Below, piece by piece: positions 36,654-49,021 of a stretch of 64,000 bases of DNA. The DNA lies in the IMG/VR virus record IMGVR_UViG_3300020447_000004; one strand, written 5' to 3'. Source of the stretch: an uncultured virus (IMG/VR IMGVR_UViG_3300020447_000004) (taxonomy: Duplodnaviria > Heunggongvirae > Uroviricota > Caudoviricetes). The stretch's first letter is position 1, and each line of letters opens with the position of its first letter. The notes beneath the pieces are model-generated. The model did not search any database, was not told the origin of the DNA, and worked only from the letters and a program-made list of their open reading frames with translations. Made by a program: the position numbers and the translations under genes.

Positions 36654-37748
36654 ATGAGTGCTCTCCTACAATACATTGCCTCTGGGGGCTCGATCTCTGA
36701 TCTGGAAGACGGGCGAGGGATCCGCGTCTCTCGGGACGATTCCATGTCCGATTTGGTACATCTGGTGTACTCTCAGCTGGATAGTCCCAAGCTGGACCCG
36801 GTTGTTTGGGAGTGCCGGGGTGCGATCCTGGACACTGTCACGAATACCTTTGTGTGCCGACCTCTTCCGAGATTCTTCAACTATGGAGAGTCGGGGGCGG
36901 CCGATATTGACTGGAGTACTGCATCCCTCTTTGAGAAGATGGATGGATCTCTCATGTACCTTTGGCACTACAAGGGTCAGTGGTATGTCTCTACCAAGGG
37001 ATCAATGCTGGCTCAAGGATACATGAGGCCAATTTCCAAGACCGCTACTGCATCTCTGACCTTTGCTCAGCTGTTCTGGCAGGTGTTCGAGGAAAACGGC
37101 TGGAGCCTCCCGGAGGATACGACCAAGACATATGGGTTTGAGCTGACGTCTCCCTACAACCGTGTCGTGGTGCCATACGATACTCCTCAGCTACACCTGC
37201 TGTGTGTCATCGACAACGGCACCGGCACCGAGGATGACATCAAGGACTACCCCTACACTCCAGCGCCTGCCTTTACGGCCTCCTCTCCCGAAGAGGCTCG
37301 CAAGCTTTTGCTGGGGATGGACGGCGCCAAGCATGAGGGTTTCGTGATTCGAGATGCGCAGAACCGTCGCGTGAAGATGAAGCATCCCAAGTACGTGTAT
37401 CTCCATCGTCTCACGTCTCGGACCGGTAAGGGGAACATCCTGAACCTGATCATGATGGGCGAAGAAGACGAAGTCATTTCCTACTTCCCTGACCTGGAAC
37501 CAAAGGTCATGGCGCTGAAGCGTCAGTACAATGAAGTCTTGATGGAGTTGGATGTCGCCTACGAGTCTATTGAACACATCGAAGATCAGCGGGAGTTTGC
37601 CTATGCCGTCCGCGATCTAAAGACCCCCTTCAAGTCCTTGCTTTTTTCTAAGCGACGGGATATGGCCTCCGGAAAGGACATCCCCTTCTACAAGTACCTG
37701 AACGCGCAATCCAAGCGCAACCTTCACCGCTACTTTGGCGAAGACTGA
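36654..37748 (+). CDS. RNA ligase, T4 Rnl1-like
   Basis: ECRGAIL, RFFNYGE, motif I EKMDGSL, FELTSPYNRVVVPY, EGFVI, RVKMKHPKY. Confidence 0.9.
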   Translation: MSALLQYIASGGSISDLEDGRGIRVSRDDSMSDLVHLVYSQLDSPKLDPVVWECRGAILDTVTNTFVCRPLPRFFNYGESGAADIDWSTASLFEKMDGSLMYLWHYKGQWYVSTKGSMLAQGYMRPISKTATASLTFAQLFWQVFEENGWSLPEDTTKTYGFELTSPYNRVVVPYDTPQLHLLCVIDNGTGTEDDIKDYPYTPAPAFTASSPEEARKLLLGMDGAKHEGFVIRDAQNRRVKMKHPKYVYLHRLTSRTGKGNILNLIMMGEEDEVISYFPDLEPKVMALKRQYNEVLMELDVAYESIEHIEDQREFAYAVRDLKTPFKSLLFSKRRDMASGKDIPFYKYLNAQSKRNLHRYFGED

Positions 37749-39289
37749 GGAGAAACACTCATGCCTGTTGTAACTACTTCTGTTGGCCTTTCGGTCCTGG
37801 GTATCGCCGTAGCCGGTGCCTTGGTTGGTATCTGTCGTCATGCTCCAGGTGACCCCAACTGTTCCAGCAACCGGCCGGTCTACTATTCTACTTCGGGAAC
37901 AAGCAGCATCGACAACACCAAGTATGAGGTCAAGCAGTTTGAGCAGGTGGGGAATCACCTTGTGCTCAAGGTGCGCTACAGCAGCTGTCCCAACTGTTCG
38001 TATGATGGCGTCAAGATCATGGTTTTCGAGTCTACACAGGCTACAGAGGTCATCTTCTGGAAGACGATTGACCCCCACTTCCGGGAGCAGCGGAGCCGTA
38101 GCAAGACCATCGCTCCCCCTCCTATCGCACGATCCCCTCGGACCCGAAGGGGATCGGGTGGCAACGCGCGCTCTCCTTTGCGCGCTCTCTGTAAAACCTC
38201 CATCACAGGAGTCTACCATGTCTACTCTCTGGCTACTCTGCGTCCTCTGCTTGCCCCGGCTTACCCTGGGATGTAGCTACCTGTTTGACTACGTGCCCGC
38301 CAATGACACCAACTTCTGGATTGACGCGGTAGGGACGCTTCTGGCTCCCCGTCTTCTGGTCGCTTACTGGGGCCAGTCCGGTGGAGAAATGGGCAAGCTC
38401 TGGCTCATGCTGATGGTGATTGTAGGTCTCTGTGAGATTCCTGTAGCGATTCGGTGGCTGTTCGGTAAGTAAGTTTCTCGTCGCGGTGCAAAATCGTGGT
38501 GTACCTCTCCACGGAGGTACACAGTCATGGACTTGCTCTCACTGATCGAAAAAGACCAAGCTCTCCAGTCATCTCGAAAAGACCTGGAGAAACTTGCGTA
38601 CCAATCTCTGATACATACGTATCTCACCTTAGGTCCTGCTACTCCCTACCCTGGACGGACTGCTCAAGTCTTGGATGTAGAGTACCGGGATGAGATCTAT
38701 GTCAAGGTGCGGGTGGAGAAACATAATGGTGATGGGTACCTGGATAGCTGGAACCCTTTTGTGCGATGCTATCGGCCTCTTAGAGAAATCACCCAACAGA
38801 CTCAGATCGTGTCTCCGGAAGAGACGCGCATTCAACTCATGTTAGAGCTGGGAGCTTAAATGTCTGATAGCTTTTTACGCTGTGCGTATGTCGTGAAGAT
38901 TCCTGCTACATCCGAGTTTGAGATGGCACAGTTTATCCGAGATCATATCCGCCTCTCTCATGACAGGGTCTTTGACCTAAGTGACGAATACGATCGTGAA
39001 GACTACTTAGACGGACTGTGGGATACTCCATGGGGCTATTACCAGTCTAAGGGGTCCTACTATCTCTACGTAGATGTCCTGGAAAAAGACTACGGTGTCA
39101 CGTGGTCTAAGTCCGTGTCGGAAATGAAGTCGGAGGCTCAGGAGATTGCGGACTTTTTTGGGGTGCCTGTCCGTGATGTCATCTTCTCGGTAGCTCATCA
39201 CTACAACGGGTGTGAATGGGACGTGATGGCCCACGAACCCGGTGATGTGGCGTCTGTAACAGACCTGCTGAACACATATCGGGTTGAGC

Positions 39290-40711
39290 ATGTCTGAGGT
39301 GACTATCCTACATGGGGACTGTGTAGATGTCATGAAAGGTCTACCCGAAAACTCTGTCGACGCGATTGTGACAGACCCTCCATACGGTCTACGCTTTATG
39401 AGTAAGGACTGGGATGATATGGGTGACGGGCCTTCTCAGGAAAAGTGGCACGAGCAGTGGTTGGCAGAAGCCTATCGAGTACTCAAACCCGGCGGCCATA
39501 TCATTGCCTTCGGAGGGTCTCGGACCTTTCATCGCCTATTTAGTGCTGCGGAAAACATGGGCATCGAGATACGTGATTCGATTCTCTGGATCCATGGGCA
39601 AGGATTTCCCAAGTCACATAATATCGAGAAAGCGCTTACGAAACAGGGCCACCTGGAAGCGACTCGGTATGCAGGTCAGGGTACTGCCCTGAAACCAGCA
39701 CATGAGCCCGCTCTATTGGGCCGAAAACCTCTGTCAAGTAAGAGTATCGCTCAGAACGTATTAGAAATGGGTACAGGCTCTCTTAATATTGATGGGTGTC
39801 GGATCGGCACTGAAGTTGTGTCTACTCTTAGTAGAGGGTCCAACACCGCTTTCCCTAAGCAAGTAAGTGCTACCTCTATGGAGGGTTATGGGAGGAAGAC
39901 TCGACAGGACTTGTTTGACCGGTCAGATAGGAAGGGGAGATTTCCCTCGAATGTCATTCTGGGACACACTGAGGGATGTATCCCTTTGGGCATGAAGAAG
40001 ATTAAGTCTCAAAACCCATCATACCGTACCTCAGGAAAGGGGTCTAACGTAGAGGGGTTGTACGGTAAACTACCTTCTCGTCCCGAAAATGTGTCTATCG
40101 GATATGCTGATAAGAATGGTATGGAGGCCGTGGTCGCATGGGAGTGTCACCCTTCATGCCCAGTCGCCATATTAGACACTCAAAGCGGTACCCTAAAGAG
40201 TGGCACTATGGAAGGCCACCAGAGAGGATGGGGTACTCATGGAATTTACGGCCCATCAGGGCTGACTCCTGCTACCTGTTATGCGGATTCGGGAGGAGCC
40301 TCACGCTTTTTCTATCGAGCCAAAGCCTCTCGACGTGAAAGAGAGCTGGGGTGCGAGCATCTGAAAGAGAAGTATCAACGGAAGCGCGGGAATCACCACA
40401 CCACTATCAAGCCTATAGGTCTCATGCGTCAGATGGTGAGATTGGTCTTGCCGAATGGTGGTACTGTGTTAGACCCTTTTGCTGGTAGCGGCACTACAGG
40501 AGTGGCTGCAATCTTGGAAGGGTTTGACGTGACTCTCATTGAGAAAGAGTCTGAATACGTAGAGGTGATAGAAGCCCGCACACAGCACGCTTTAAGTCAC
40601 CCTCAAGACTACGGTACAAAACGTAGTGCGTCTCGAAAGCCGCGAAAGGTGGCTGAAAGCCCTGACCCCTCCGACTTTCTCCACCATTTCCGAACTCCGG
40701 ACGAAGAATAA
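39290..40711 (+). CDS. DNA methyltransferase (N6A/N4C, beta class)
   Basis: VTDPPYGL, GQGFPKS, LKPAHEP, GRFPSN, HTTIKPIGLM, VLDPFAGSGTTG. Confidence 0.92.
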   Translation: MSEVTILHGDCVDVMKGLPENSVDAIVTDPPYGLRFMSKDWDDMGDGPSQEKWHEQWLAEAYRVLKPGGHIIAFGGSRTFHRLFSAAENMGIEIRDSILWIHGQGFPKSHNIEKALTKQGHLEATRYAGQGTALKPAHEPALLGRKPLSSKSIAQNVLEMGTGSLNIDGCRIGTEVVSTLSRGSNTAFPKQVSATSMEGYGRKTRQDLFDRSDRKGRFPSNVILGHTEGCIPLGMKKIKSQNPSYRTSGKGSNVEGLYGKLPSRPENVSIGYADKNGMEAVVAWECHPSCPVAILDTQSGTLKSGTMEGHQRGWGTHGIYGPSGLTPATCYADSGGASRFFYRAKASRRERELGCEHLKEKYQRKRGNHHTTIKPIGLMRQMVRLVLPNGGTVLDPFAGSGTTGVAAILEGFDVTLIEKESEYVEVIEARTQHALSHPQDYGTKRSASRKPRKVAESPDPSDFLHHFRTPDEE

Positions 40712-40721
40712 TAGAGAAATC

Positions 40722-40748
40722 TCTGACTTTCTCCACCTTCAAACGTCT
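40722..40748 (+). promoter_or_regulatory. TCTGAC-N16-CGTC ECF-like phage promoter
   Basis: Motif copy upstream of ATG 40780. Confidence 0.75.
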
Positions 40749-43178
40749 CCTACTCCGAACCCCGTAAAGGAGAGATCTCATGAAAAAAGAAATTCAGCTT
40801 ACTCTTGTAGTTGATGACGATCTGGAGACAGGCCCTGAGGATCTCCGGCTTATCACGTGTATGATCCTGGGCATTCTGGAAGATCGTATGGAGGAACACG
40901 TCTCAGGGTCTCGTAATGACCCTGTCGAAAAGGCGCTTCTCATCTCACTACTGGTCTCGGGGTAGTTATGTCCGTCCCACTTACCTTTCAGAAAGGTGAT
41001 TCTGTAGTCATCTCTGACCATCTCTACATGGGCCATCTCTGGGTCTCTTCTGTGGAAGACTACGGGTACCTACGGGTGGAAGATTCTCGTGGTGACACCT
41101 CGACTATTCACGGGCGTCGGCTGGCACACGGGTCTCTGTACCGCACTTTTCGAGTCATGACACCTACCACTGTCGCAGGTCACTACGGACCGCTGTTCGA
41201 GGCCATCCGGGCCATGGGCGGCGACGGGTGCACGATTATGGACCTGCAAGGTCTGATCGTGATTTCGGTCACGACCCCTCTTGCAGTTTCGGAAGAAGCT
41301 GCTATGACGGTATACCGTGCAATCCTCGAACTTCATTCCTCGGAGAAGTAACATGTTTACTCACAAGCAGCTGGAGGCTATCGTAGCAAACTGGAACGCT
41401 GGATACGCAGAAGGACAGCTTCTCTACCGCGCTACCTATATCGCAGCTGAGAGTCTGATTCGGTTTGACATCCTTCAGAAGATAGGGAGTCCGAGTCTGG
41501 GTCATTGTCAAGTCACGATTAAGGGAGGGAAGTGTATTGTAGGAGTATACACCCCTCCCATGGACAATGTGAGTCCTCATCTGTTTCTGCGCTGGGTAAC
41601 TCTATACCAAGACCTGATTAAGGTTGCACAGGATGCCGCAGCTTCCCTCGAACGTCACCTAACTTAGGAGTCTTCATGTCTCGCGCCACTTTTTCTATCG
41701 CACAGCTATGTGGAGACAAGGAGTCTGAGCTTCTCTCCGAGGGCTCGCCTTTCTGCGTCACCTTTAACAGTACGGGGTCTGTCTACTTTCACACAACTCA
41801 GAATCCCTATGAAAACTTGGGATGCAGGATTCGACGCGAGAGAGAGAGATTTTTGAGATGATCATCGGAGTGCGAGCTACGCCTCCCCGAAATCCTGCCC
41901 GTGCGTTAGAATGGCTGGAACGTAACGCTGAGTTGATTCGGGAAGCACAGCAGTTTTGCGAATACCTGAACCGGATTCGTTCTGACATCGTGGAGTAATT
42001 TACCCGAGCAAAGGAGATGTGTATCATGTCTACGAAGTTTTCCCGTCTACCCGCTATAGAGACCCGCACCGAAGATATAGTGCTTAAAGACTTGGGGTTG
42101 ATCCTATCGGTCTTTCAGTCGGGAAGAGGCTTTACTAAGGGAATGTTTCGGGCACGTCTCTATTCCGGAAATGTACCCGAAGCCTCCTATGCACGATGCT
42201 GGTACAGTACTCCTGCGGAGGCAGTGTCACAAACACTCTCCGTTTATAGGCAGGCTCAGCTCCATGAACAAGAAAGGCTCCAAGCGAAGCTGTCTGAGGT
42301 ACAGAAGCGGGTCAAGCAAGTCCAAGATACCGCAGATGCCCTACTGCAGCAGGGATTTGGGAGCCCTAATGCTTGACACCCAAACACCCTGTGTCTACCG
42401 CATCACTCGTGTGTCCGAAGAGGGTGGTGTCGAGTACCGTTTCCCCCCTCGACGCTTTCGATCCTGACAGTGACGGTTTTGATAGTTGCTGGCGATTTTC
42501 ACATGACCCGTGGGCTTCCCCCGTCGTACTGGCCTCCGAAGAGACGGTGCAGTGTGTTTCCCGAATGTCTACAGTATCTCGCCCTCCATACGGATTCCGA
42601 GTGGATTTGGTACCTGTACACGTCCTGCTACATGATACGCTCATGGGACACGTATATCCTCAGGTAGATTCACTTCTGAGTCAACTGCGGGACCTGAACG
42701 CCCTTCAAGAAGACCTGTCTACCCTCCAGTCGAGTATCGGCACTCTGAAAAAGGGTGATCGGTGCGCTATGTATATGGTGCGAGAGAATCCTGACGAAGA
42801 GTGAATATCCTGGTCAAAGGGGATCTATCAAAGGAGTCCTATGAATCTACCAAATCTAATTGCCAGTACCATGTACATGGCTCACGACTTTTCCACCCTC
42901 CCCAACCTATCCGAGATTCCGGACCCTCAGAACGGGGGCCAGTGGGACTCCGAAGCCCTAACAGACCTATGGCTCTGCACCCATATGGCTGCCAAGGTAG
43001 GTGCCTATCCCGTTGCGCATGACACGGGTGACGGCTGGGTCTTCGGGTGGGATGTCGACAACAACCCCGAAGACCCGACCGCCTCACTGGCTCCAATCAT
43101 GTCTGAGGACTGGTGGCCGGGTCCTGAGAGGGTCACTCCATCTGAGCTGGAGATTTTGGGATTTACGCTCGTTTAGTC

Positions 43179-43205
43179 TCTGACTTTTCGAGCCCTCATC
43201 CGTCT
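43179..43205 (+). promoter_or_regulatory. TCTGAC-N16-CGTC ECF-like phage promoter
   Basis: Motif copy upstream of ATG 43241. Confidence 0.75.
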
Positions 43206-43757
43206 GTTTTCTGTAATCACTCTCAATAGGAGACAGGCCCATGCTACAGACCTATGCCGAAGTCCAGTATGAGCGCGCACACCGTTACCGTCTTAGCGAG
43301 ACGGCTCTGTGGTACGGCCAGCTTGTGCGGGTCGTGTCTATCCAGGGTACGGGTCTGGGATATGGTGCCCAGTATGTATACACTGTCCGTGACAGCATGG
43401 GCCAGAAGCACACTGCCCTCCCTGATCAACTTGACCGAGCCCCACACAGCCCTCTACAGAAGCTTCCGGATTTGGACCTACCCGGTGAGGGTGCCTTTGA
43501 TCTGGTCCAGGTCACACGGGAGCACCAGGGATGCACGGATCCGATGTGCTGCGGTGAGGACGACCGACCCGTCTGGTGCGTGCGGGATGTCGAATCAGGG
43601 GAACTGGTTGACTTTGAGTATTATCCTGAAGTCCTGGACTGGTGCCCATACGACCGGGGTGTTCATTCTCGATGGGCGGGTACGGGATTCGACCGGGTGT
43701 GTGATGCTGCGGAAGCCTTGGCGGCGATGGTCTCCTACCTGGAAAGCTGAGAAAGTC

Positions 43758-43784
43758 TCTGACTTTTGGGATGCTCATGCGTCT
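43758..43784 (+). promoter_or_regulatory. TCTGAC-N16-CGTC ECF-like phage promoter
   Basis: Motif copy upstream of ATG 43814. Confidence 0.75.
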
Positions 43785-44025
43785 CTTACCCGTAACCCAA
43801 ACGGAGAAGTGAAATGCAGTCCGAACATTTTTTCAGCGGTCTCAAGGCCGGCAAGGCCGTCTCTCACGTCATCTCCAAGGGTTGGGAGACTAAGGCTACT
43901 CTGTCTGTCGCCATGGACTGGGCAGGACATTACGTCCCTGCCCGTCCTACCAAGACCTGGGAACGGGGGTTCAAGCAGGCCCTTACGAGTAGCGGGTACG
44001 GACACCTGTACCAGGGCTGCTGATC

Positions 44026-44472
44026 ATGAGCCATCCCCCTACCGAGTTTGATTCCGGTATCGAAACTTTGCGGGTCGTGCCTTACTACGGTAAACATGCA
44101 AGGTACTTTCGTATGGCTCGCGCTGTCTCCGAAGAAAGCCTCTATGAAGGATATCATCATGGAGCCCTTCTGGTTAAGGGCGGGTCGATTCTGTCTGCGT
44201 CACCGAACCGTGGTGGTCTGTGCTCCTTCGGAAGTCGGTTTTATCCCTACAAAAAGGGTAGTCCTACCCCACATGCCGAGATAGGATGCATCTTGGGGGT
44301 AGATCGGTCCGTTACTACGGGCGCTACCGTCTATGTCTGTCGCGTAGGTAAGCAGGGCGATTTTCGGCTGTCTAAGCCCTGTGAAATGTGCGTAGGCACT
44401 CTTCGGTATGTCGGAGTTCGGCGTGTCGTGTGGTCCGTTGACGAAAATCACTGTGCAATCGGGAGGTTGTGA
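44026..44472 (+). CDS. cytidine/dCMP deaminase-fold protein
   Basis: HHGALLVKGG, HAE, SKPCEMC zinc motif. Confidence 0.85.
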   Translation: MSHPPTEFDSGIETLRVVPYYGKHARYFRMARAVSEESLYEGYHHGALLVKGGSILSASPNRGGLCSFGSRFYPYKKGSPTPHAEIGCILGVDRSVTTGATVYVCRVGKQGDFRLSKPCEMCVGTLRYVGVRRVVWSVDENHCAIGRL

Positions 44473-45240
44473 TGTTTGACCCAAATACTGCCCTTGATGA
44501 AATCCAAGAGTTTCTCGCCTTTGTCGAACGAGTAGAGTTTGTGCGCGGACATTGTGACGCCCACTTCAACTATGCTCAGCTCTGGTCCAGTCCCGTGGCG
44601 GTTAAGGTCCCCTACTACAAGGGAATGGACTGCCGCGAATTCAGCCATCGGGCGATGCGTGCTCTACTTGAAGGGTTTGCTGAGCAGTGCAGCGATTTCT
44701 CTCCGGAGTACTTCATTCGGTGTTTGGCATCGCACCCTGAACCGGGTAAAGAGCTTGGCCTCGAAGAATTGGTCCCGTGGTTGATTGACCACTCACCTAC
44801 TTTCAAGGGAGTGAGTAGTCGAGCCTTCGTGAAGGCGGGAATTGCACACACCGTTACCCGCGAACCTCTCCAGGCTGCGGAGTCCATGCGAAATACTCTC
44901 AAAGCCCTTCGCAATCTTACCCCAAAGTACCTGAAGCCTACCGCTGATGCGGTGAAAGCCCTTGAGGCTACTCTACCTGCTCTGGAGAGTTTGCAGCCTC
45001 CCGCTCCTCAGATTGCCGAAATCCCTTCATCGGTACGTCGATGGTCGGAGGGCTCTCCTGACCCTCACGAAATGACCTTCATCGTGATCTCCGAAAATCA
45101 TATGGTCATCAAGGACCTCCGGAAAGACCTCGTGGGAGATGTCCGTCCGGAGACTCCCGAGATTTGGAACATGGCTGTATGCCTGATTCAGAGCTATCCC
45201 GAGCGCTTGCTCTATTCGTCAGACATTTCTCCCCAAAAGG

Positions 45241-45267
45241 TCTGACTTTTCGGGCTCTCAAACGTCT
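45241..45267 (+). promoter_or_regulatory. TCTGAC-N16-CGTC ECF-like phage promoter
   Basis: Motif copy upstream of ATG 45296. Confidence 0.75.
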
Positions 45268-45786
45268 ACTACGTGTACCCACCACGGAGATTCACATGTT
45301 TGCAATTGTCGACCAGATGCACCTCCTTCCTGTCGAAATGCGTCACACTATGGATATGGTGGTCCAGCGGTCTCTCACATCGTTGTATGATCTTCTACGA
45401 GGCTTGGCTGACCTCACTCTCACTCCAGACCCCGACATGGAAGTGATTCGGGCGGGGATGTACTATCGCATCACCTACCGGAACCTGACTCTGTACGCCA
45501 AGGTCCAGGACAGTCGGTTTAGCCTGTGTCTGTTTGTGGGTGACCACACTCCGGTACTCCCTGACATCTTGGACTGGGATACTCTGGACTACCCCCACAA
45601 CCCCGGAGGCACTTTGCCGAGTGGTCCCAAGGGTGTTCCCGCTCAGATCCTCCTGAATAACCTTACACGAGGGGAGAGTGGGCGCTGGTCTACTGAAAAC
45701 TGCGTCAAGTTTGACCTCACCTCTATGGCGTCCCGCCTCCTTGAGGGTGTCTACCGTACCTACAGCTCCTAAATCCGGAGAAAAAC

Positions 45787-46692
45787 ATGCGTATCCAGAC
45801 CATGAGCATCGTAATCGGCACTGAGGTGTGTAACGCTCGGTGCCCTTTCTGTATCAGCCAGATGACGGGTATGGGGGAGCTACCTCCCTCTCCCGATATC
45901 AATCGCCGTAACTTTGAAAAGGCTGTACGTCTCGCACAGGCTGGTGGAGTGACCACGATCCTGTTTACGGGAAAGGGGGAGCCTCTCCTCTACCCTGAGG
46001 AGATCACTCACTATCTCGAAATGCTGGACGGGCGAATCCCTCTCCTGGAGCTGCAGACCAATGCACTCATGATCGCGCGTTTGGTGCAGGGTAAGCGTGC
46101 AGGTAAGCTCACCGAAGACGTGCTTCGGGGGTGGTATGAAATGGGTCTCAACACGATCGCTATTTCTACCGTCGGCATCAATCCTGCCCATAACTCTGCG
46201 GTGTATCTGGGAGGGTCACGTGAGTATCCTGACCTCTCCTCAACGGTAGACTACCTACACCGTCTCGGGTTTCAGGTGCGCCTGGGAGTGATGATGCAGA
46301 AGGGGATGGTCGATACCTCCCCCAAGATGAGGGAAGTAGTGGAGTGGTGTCGTCAGCGTGAAATCGCTCAGCTCACCTTTCGCCCTATTCGGGCCCCTGA
46401 GGCTTCGGAGCACCAAAAGGTCTCAGCCTATGTCCGAATGGTGGGGATGTCTCAGAAGGCTATTTTGGCTCTCTATGACACCTTCCGTGATGCTCCAGCG
46501 GCTACCCTGCTCCAAAACCTCATGCATGGTACGGAGGTATGGGATTATGCGGGTCAGAATGTGTGCCTGAGTGACTGCCTGACTCACTCTCCCGACACGA
46601 ATGAGATGCGCCAGATCATCTTCTATGCAAATGGTCGTCTGGCCTATAGCTGGACCCATCAGGGTGCCACTATCCTACAGGGGAGGCGATAG
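45787..46692 (+). CDS. radical SAM protein
   Basis: CNARCPFC (CxxxCxxC), FTGKGEPLL, ELQTNA. Confidence 0.9.
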   Translation: MRIQTMSIVIGTEVCNARCPFCISQMTGMGELPPSPDINRRNFEKAVRLAQAGGVTTILFTGKGEPLLYPEEITHYLEMLDGRIPLLELQTNALMIARLVQGKRAGKLTEDVLRGWYEMGLNTIAISTVGINPAHNSAVYLGGSREYPDLSSTVDYLHRLGFQVRLGVMMQKGMVDTSPKMREVVEWCRQREIAQLTFRPIRAPEASEHQKVSAYVRMVGMSQKAILALYDTFRDAPAATLLQNLMHGTEVWDYAGQNVCLSDCLTHSPDTNEMRQIIFYANGRLAYSWTHQGATILQGRR

Positions 46693-46793
46693 CATGTGAG
46701 TATCCTGCCCAACGTGCGGTTAAGTCCTATGCGGTGAGTGGGGTTATCCCTGAGGGTCGCTTTTTGGAATGCTTCGAATGCTTTCAGAAAAAC

Positions 46794-46820
46794 TCTGACT
46801 TTTCAGTAGAGGATGCGTCT
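46794..46820 (+). promoter_or_regulatory. TCTGAC-N16-CGTC ECF-like phage promoter
   Basis: Motif copy upstream of ATG 46844. Confidence 0.75.
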
Positions 46821-47899
46821 CTGTCCTGTATGAAGGAGAAAGCATGTACGTCGTCCGAATCCAAACCTCTCGTGGCATCTCTCACCGAACGGTGAGCCTC
46901 GCGCGTGCGCGTGATGTGTTGAGTGCTCCTCTGGGACAGCCAGCACAGGGCGGTGTCCTGTGCATGTGGAAGTCTACTCCCGAGTATGACGCTGCGGGTG
47001 AGTCTGTGTTCCGCGCCAAGGGGGGTTGGCTCCCTGTGGTGTGGGAGTGGAATGGCGTGGGAGTGAGCTGACATGAAACTGACACAAGAAATCATCGACC
47101 AGCTTCAGGCTGCACAGCGCAGTCCTGCTCAAGTGCGCCTCACTCAAGACCTGTGGGCGACTGCATGTGACATGACAGCCCGCAGTCTCCGCAGCTATCC
47201 TCTGGGTAGTGAGCTGAGCGGGTACCGGACCATGCAGGTATCTATCCTGCTCCGAGGGCCCGAAGCCTACCCGGAGTACCAAGCCTGGAAGGAATCCATT
47301 CGGGAAAAGCATCGCCATCTGCGCTCCCGCCTTAAGCAGAGCTAACCTACAGGAGGTCTCTATGAAGAAAGCAGGAGAAAAGGCATTTTGTACCTACCCC
47401 GTAGCTGAATGGCAGGCAGATTTCCGACCCCTCAGCTATGGCTATCATAGTCGTGCTCTCGCGAACCCGATCAACCTCAGGGAGCCCTGGCAGTACCCTT
47501 ATGCAGGGTTCGAAAGCTACATCAAACTGGTCGCATGCCTCCACTACTGGTATAGAGATACTCTATGGGAAGAAATCAAGAAGCATGTAGAGGCAGTGGT
47601 GACGGGATACCGTATTGAGACCGCGCTTCACAAAGATAAACGTAGAGAGGTGTATCTCTCCACCTATCGCTGGGTCGTCTCCTCCATGGGAGACAAGGGA
47701 GCAGCGGATTACGCATCGAAAATGAGACGTGACTGGACGTCTCGGAACCCTTACCCTACCGAGGACAAAGTGCGGCAAAGCTATGAACAGCTGGTGCAGT
47801 GCTACCCTTTTTTGGGAGACCGCGGGTCTCCGCACCTAAACCCTCTCTATCAGAGCTATCTGGACTTGGTGGTAGATGGTGAAAACTCCTGAGAAAGTC

Positions 47900-47926
47900 T
47901 CTGACTTTTTGCTGCCTTGTGCGTCT
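47900..47926 (+). promoter_or_regulatory. TCTGAC-N16-CGTC ECF-like phage promoter
   Basis: Motif copy upstream of ATG 47956. Confidence 0.75.
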
Positions 47927-48261
47927 CTACCATGTAACCCAAACGGAGAAATCACATGTTCGAGAACGAGCCCAGCACCCTGAGCCAGATCCCGTCCAAT
48001 GCGCAGCAGTACTACGAAGAGAGTCTGCGCTCGGACATCTACCGATACATCTACCTGGGTCAGGATGAGTGTCGCCGCTCGGTCTTCACTCGGACGTGGT
48101 GGGATGGAGTGCCTGTGGGCCAGCCTACAGCTCTTCTGAGCTACCGCGATTTTGTCAAGGCGGTTCGCAAGGCCCACAATGCAGGAATGCGGAACACGGG
48201 CATCCCACGATTCACGTACCCCTACGGAAAGGTCAAGAAGCCCTCTTACCTGTAGAAGCCT

Positions 48262-48288
48262 TCTGACTTTTGGGTCACCCTCCCGTCT
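48262..48288 (+). promoter_or_regulatory. TCTGAC-N16-CGTC ECF-like phage promoter
   Basis: Motif copy upstream of ATG 48317. Confidence 0.75.
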
Positions 48289-48965
48289 CTTACCTGCACC
48301 CACTAAGGAGAAACAAATGTCTGACGAATTCCGCCTCGAATACAAATACCTGGACCAGACCTACGTCTTTCGGGAGCCTCGCCCCAAGCGTCCGCCTCAC
48401 CTCTCCAACTCTGACTTGGAGATGCTCAAGCGTCATGGAGTGGACCCTGACAAGGCCCGCGCTGACACAAAGGAGGCGCATGCCCGGTGGAAGGATGATA
48501 TCCGAGACTGGGAGGTCCGTCGACAGGCTCTAAATGTCCGGTTTATCGAAGATCTGGCTGAGTACCTCGGAGAGCCGGTGCGGCTGGTCCAGAAGGTCTA
48601 TGAGTATGTGGACCGGGAAATGGACCCTCCGAACCATCTCGAAACGGCTCAGTCAGTGTCCAGCCTCTTTGACCTGTTGGAAGATCTTCGCCCCCTACTG
48701 TAGTCTACTACCCAGGAGAAACAACATGAACTCGATTATCCTTTCTGAGACCTTCGTGGAAGTCCTTGCTCCCGGGCAGATCCGTGCCCACATGTCTACT
48801 GGTGAGGTCTACGGTCCGATGGAAGTGACCCACAGGGACATGGCTACCCTCTACGTCAACTTGGATGAAGAGGATCTGGTGGATCTGGTGGAATTCCTGG
48901 AGGACCATGGGATGCTGGCTGACTGGAACTGAATGAGGGAAAAGGTCACATTTCCTGAAAAAATC

Positions 48966-48992
48966 TCTGACTTTCAGTCCTCTCAAACGTCT
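48966..48992 (+). promoter_or_regulatory. TCTGAC-N16-CGTC ECF-like phage promoter
   Basis: Motif copy upstream of ATG 49022. Confidence 0.75.
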
Positions 48993-49021
48993 TTTACCTG
49001 TACCCACTACGGAGAAACAAA

